DNA from: Octopus sinensis
Taxonomy: Eukaryota
Assembly: GCF_006345805.1 (NCBI RefSeq)
Contig: NC_043014.1
Span: 14,198,001-14,262,000 of the forward strand
Reading direction: 5' to 3'
Length of the DNA stretch: 64,000 bases
This document shows, one piece after another, positions 59,530 through 64,000 of this stretch (its first letter is position 1; every line of letters starts with the position of its first letter). The position numbers and the translations under genes are program-made. The notes beneath the pieces were generated by a model, which was not told the DNA's origin, searched no databases, and saw only the letters and a program-made list of their open reading frames with translations.

Positions 59530-60045
59530 TATTTCTTTATTGCACACAAGGGGCTAAACATAGAGGGGACAAACAAGGACAGACAAACGGATTAAGTCTA
59601 TTACATCGACTGCAGTGCGTAACTGGTACTTAATTTATCGATCCCGAAAGGATGAAGGGCAAAGTCGACCTCGGCGGAATTTGAACTCAGAACGTAACGG
59701 CAGACGAAATACCTATTTCTTTTTCTACCCACAAGGGGCTAAGCATAGAGGACACAAAGAAGGACAGATAAAGGGATTGAGTCGATTACTTCGACCCCAG
59801 TGCATAACTGGTACTTAATTTATCGACCCCGAAAGGATGAAAGGCAAAGCCGACCTCGACGGAATTTGAACTCAGAACGTAACGGCAGACGAAATACCTA
59901 TTTCTTTACTACCCACAAGGGGCTAGACACAGAGGAGACAAACAATGACAGACAAAGGGACTGAGTCGTTTACTTCGACCTCAGTGCGTAACTGGTACTT
60001 AATTTATCGATCCCGGAAAGGATGAAAGGCTAAGTCGACCGCGGC
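59530..60045 (-). mobile_element. SINE family C trimer (~190-bp period)
   Basis: Three 5'-truncated units; the identical junction gaaatacctatttc occurs at ~59706 and ~59891. Confidence 0.8.
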
Positions 60046-60346
60046 TTTTATTCTTTTATCCTTTCGTGGGTCGATAGATTATGTACCAGTTGTGTACTGG
60101 GGTAGATCTAATCAACTGGCCACCTCCCACAAAATTTCGGGCCTTGTGCCTAGAAAAAGAAAAGAATCGACGTTACCTGAATAGGTGCACGGTGTGCCAC
60201 ACGTCAGGTATCGAAGTGATTACAGATCAATGTGAAATTAAGAACACAACGCACCACTCGGTCCAGGAATCGAACTAACAATCTCGTGACCGTGAGTTCT
60301 GTACCCAAACCATTAGGTCACACGCCGTCGGGTGTGTGATGTACTT

Positions 60347-60706
60347 GTGGAAGCACTCCGTCGGTTACGACGACGAGGGTTCCGGTTGATCCGAATCAAC
60401 GGAACAGCCTGCTCGTGAAATTAACGTGTAAGTGGCTAAACGTAGTTCTCGGAGATATTCAGCGTGACACAGTGAGTGACAAGGCCGGCCCTTTGAAATA
60501 CAGGTACAACAGAAACAGGAAGTAAGAGTGAGAGAAAGTTGTGGTGAAAGAGTACAGCAGGGATCACCACCATCCCCTGCCGGAGCCTTGTGGAGCTTTA
60601 GGTGTTTTCGCTCAATAAACACTCACAACGCCCGGTCTGGGAATCGAAACCGCGATCCTATGACCGCGAGTCCGCTGCCCTAACCACTGGGCCATTGCGC
60701 CTCCAC
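60347..60706 (-). mobile_element. tRNA-derived SINE family A, just inside an SLC6 intron
   Basis: tRNA head at 60706 running leftwards; TSD tg(t/c)gatgtactt at 60335-60346 and 60708-60719. Confidence 0.85.
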
Positions 60707-60721
60707 TTGCGATGTACTTAC

Positions 60722-60821
60722 CGTATATATAGCATATGGTAAGGCATTCTGTAAGGCCGATAAACAAGAACGGGAATCCACCGACTGAAGTATCGACCAG
60801 GTTCAGAATATACATGCCAGC
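60722..60821 (-). CDS. SLC6 (Na+/Cl- neurotransmitter/amino-acid symporter) exon: AGMYILNLVDTSVGGFPFLFIGLTECLTICYIY(G), TM9-TM10 region
   Basis: Minus-strand cag acceptor (60824-60822) and gtaagt donor (60721-60716). The G.Y...L.D......E...I..IYG pattern is typical of SLC6. Upstream exons were not found in the window. Confidence 0.88.
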
Positions 60822-60894
60822 CTGGAAAATAAACGTAAAAAGAGTTACTAAAATGTACATATATGCGTAGGCATGGATGTATGGTTAAGATGCT

Positions 60895-61134
60895 AGGGCG
60901 GCGAGCTGGCAGAAACGTTAGCACGCCGGGCGAAATGCGTAGCCGTATTTTGTCTGCCGTTACGTTCTGAGTTCAAATTCCGCCGAGGTAGACTTTGCTT
61001 TTCATCCTTTCGGGGTCGATAAATCAAGTACCAGTTACGCACTGGTGTCGATATAATCGACTTAATCCGTTTGTCTGTCCTTGTTTGTCCCCTCTGTGTT
61101 TAGCCCTTTGTGGGTAGTAACGAAATAGAAATAG
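60895..61134 (+). mobile_element. SINE family C
   Basis: 16-bp TSD gtatggttaagatgct at 60879-60894 and 61135-61150. Confidence 0.88.
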
Positions 61135-61424
61135 GTATGGTTAAGATGCTCGCTTTGCAATTCTCGTGGTTTCGTGTTCAATCCCACATGTGACACAGCA
61201 CCCTGTTAAAGCCCCATAGATTTTGGCACTAGGTCAGTAATTTTGGGGGACGGGGTAAGTTGATTACATCGAAATCAGTGCTCAACTGGTACTTATTTTA
61301 TCAACCCCGAAAGGATGAAAGGCAAAGTCCCCAGCGGCATTTGAACTCAGAACGTAAAGTCGGAAGAAATGCCGCTTAGCGTTTCACTCGGAATGTTAAC
61401 GATCCTACCAGCTTGCCGCCCAAA

Positions 61425-61499
<75 letters not shown>

Positions 61500-61650
61500 C
61501 GACGACGACGACGACGACAACAACGACAACAGCAGCAGCAGCAGCAACAACAACAACAACAACAAAAACAACAACAAAAACAACAACAGCATCAGCAAGA
61601 AAAGAAGAAGAAGAACAAGAAGAGGAGGAGGAGGAGGAGGAAGGAGAAGA
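61425..61650. repeat. Compound trinucleotide microsatellite (CAG/CAA/GAC/AGA/GGA)
   Basis: Successive triplet blocks, intronic to the SLC6 gene. Confidence 0.95.
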
Positions 61651-62099
61651 GAATTCAGAGAGTGCTAACCTTCGCCAAGCAACACCAACTCCTCTCAAAG
61701 ATTAGTCAAAGATGATTTTTAAAATGAGAATATCTGAAATAAACTCGACTACTCTCACAAACGAGAATACTAAAAAATGAACCCGACAGCTCTCAAAAAT
61801 TATGTAAAAAAAAAAAAAAAAGAAACGGGAAAAGTAATATAGAATCCTTGTCCGGTATCGAATCGATCCAAAAATCTAATCAGTTCGTGCCAGTCCCGAG
61901 GCCAAACATTTCCGTTTCATCCGACTGAAAACAATACCTCAGCCTTCGTTAAGGCGGAGGTAATAATAATAATATGAGACCCCTATGTCGTGCACATATG
62001 GTTGTGAGGCATGTGCCTGGTTTACCCTTATCAGACGGGTAGTCATGATGGGTATACTGGACTTCGTATATTTTGCCCCGGTGTCACTGATGGAATGCA

Positions 62100-63780
62100 C
62101 TGCTCTCTCACTCAATATAAATTGGTCAATTACTGAAATCTGTTATCTTGACAGAAAAGTACGAAAATTGTTGACAATGCAGAGACTGTACCACCCCAAA
62201 GCAGATATAGAACGACTTTAACGGCCAAAAAAAAGAGGGTGGCCGTGGACTTTTACAACTGGAATTAACAATGAAGATTGCCACAGCAAATTCTGATGAC
62301 TGGATGTTAAAACTTGTCTTAAAGCATGAAAACAAGAAAACGTCATACTCAGTAAGAAAACAGGGAAAGAAATATCTAAGTGAATTCTAAACACAACAAA
62401 TTCCAGAATTATACGTACTGGAAACAAGCACAAAAAAAGCTAAGCGTATGAAAACCCGTGCAAAACTGGTGCCGTAGATATTCTTATTGATAAATGACAA
62501 GAAAAACCTCTCAATGGCAAATACCGAAAGAGAGCTAATAATGGCGATGCTTACAAAGCCCTTACTGTCTTCTGGCTTAAAATAAGAGACAGATAGTAAC
62601 CCAAGATCAATGCCTACCTACAAGAAACTACGAAGCCAACATATTAAAGAACGGCAGCTGCCCAACATGCCGTGTATGTCAACAACAAAATGAAACCATT
62701 GATCATGTTGTCTCCATATGCAGTCTTTTTGCGCCTACAGAGTATCTCCACAGACATGATAGAGCAGCACAATATATTCACTGGGTAATTTTCAAAAACC
62801 TGGACCTGCCCCATGATAAAAACTGGTGGGAATACAAACCACCCCAGTACTTGAAAATGGTCACACCTCACTCCTTTCGAACTTCACCGTTCAAACTGAC
62901 AGAAGGACAGATGAAAATAGGCCAGACATCATATTGAAGGACTTCAGACAAAAATCATGCCTCCTCATCGATATAGCTGTCTCAATCGGCATAAATGTAT
63001 TTGCCAAAACTTACCAAAAGCCAAGCAAATATGAAGATCTTGAAATAGAAATTGGCAAAATGAAGAACCTCATGACTAAAACAATACCTGTTGTCATAGG
63101 CTGGTTCCTACCTAGCTCAGATACCAGGAAATCCCAAAATGAAAGAAATTCAGAAAACAGTGTTCATGGAAACAGCCCATATCCTACGTAAAATATCGTC
63201 TTTGTAATCCCCCAAATATTTTAACCTGTAAACAGTGTCAAAATACTTTTAAATCTACATAACAGCAAACACCTTTTGCTGTCATCTTTTACATCAGAAT
63301 ATTATTATCTTATAATCAAATTACTTTTAAAACAAACTTTTAATTTATTTATGTTATGACAGACATTCTCTAGAACAAAAAAAAATAATAAATGCGCCCT
63401 TTTAAAGCCTAGCCAGGCTCATGGGCCCGGTTTCCCAGTTTCTATGGCGTATGTGTTCCCCAGCTGGACAGGACGCCAGTCCATCGCAGCGTTACTCATT
63501 TTTGCCAGCTGAGTGGACTGGAGCAACATGAAATGAAGTGTTTTGCTCAAGAACACAACACGTCGCCCGGTCCAGGAATCGAAATCACAATCCTACGGTC
63601 ATGATGCTGACATCCCAACCACTAAGCCACACGCCTCCACTCTCTAGAACAATACTCTGTGCAAAACCAAATATATGGCACCCTAGTCATAACACCAACT
63701 CGAACTTCTAACTTGTCTCTTTAGATCTCTGGGTGAGACATGGAGTCAACTTGTGCAAATACAAAGCAAGAGCCAAACAT
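62100..63780 (+). mobile_element. Decayed R4/Dong-clade element 3' portion with restriction-like endonuclease domain
   Basis: LDRKVRKLLTM.R..HPKADIERL; NRPDII......LIDIAV...KY.DL...I (RLE); ILRKI..* at 63207. The 3'UTR ends in (CAA)n, and a SINE is inserted at ~63390-63640. Confidence 0.85.
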
Positions 63781-63798
63781 ACAACAACAACAACAACA

Positions 63799-64000
63799 GT
63801 GGAGGCGCAATGGCCCAGTGGTTAGGGCAGCGGACTCGCGGTCGGAGGAACGCGGTTTCGATTCCCAGACCGGGCGTTGTGTGTGTTTATTGAGCGAAAG
63901 CACCTAAAACTCCACGAGGCTCCGGCAGGGGTGGTGGCGACCCCTGTTGTAATCTTTCGCTCCTAACTTTCTCTCACTCTTTCTTCCTGTTTCTTGTCCC
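63799..64000 (+). mobile_element. tRNA-derived SINE family A (runs off window)
   Basis: GTGGAGGCGCAATGGCCCAGTGGTTAGGGCAGCGGACTCGCGG...GTTTCGATTCC. Confidence 0.85.

Noticed and set aside
61369-61715. PolyQ/polyN/polyL ORFs
   Set aside because: Translations of a compound trinucleotide microsatellite in an SLC6 intron.
63799-63880. tRNA gene (also 1836, 18490, 60706 heads)
   Set aside because: The tRNA-like heads continue into a shared SINE body, and the copies at 1836 and 60706 have TSDs; no clean acceptor stem.

Overview
Eukaryotic, AT- and microsatellite-rich genomic DNA. The repeat landscape ((GAT)n-tailed RTE LINEs, tRNA-derived SINEs with internal TA/TG tracts) suggests an octopod cephalopod; this is inference. 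Two intron-rich genes face each other tail to tail. The 3' ten coding exons of CLPTM1L lie on + (699-26160, ending ...KKKKKDE*), and the last four coding exons of an SLC6 Na+/Cl- dependent transporter lie on - (60821-49559). The rest is mobile DNA: RTE, R4/Dong and CR1-like LINE fragments, three SINE families, Tc1/mariner relics, non-autonomous Helitrons, piggyBac-type and 8-bp-TSD MITEs, and a two-variant 30-bp minisatellite. The most notable signal is a set of unrelated elements carrying minimal type I hammerhead ribozyme (HHR) motifs with palindromic stem III. These are (i) a ~537-bp tandem and inverted array with five HHR copies nested in a CLPTM1L intron, (ii) a tRNA-head SINE-like element with an HHR, (iii) a G3-C8 core-swapped HHR inside a 259-bp foldback, and (iv) a degenerate fourth candidate. 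All were parsed by eye; cleavage activity and novelty are untested.
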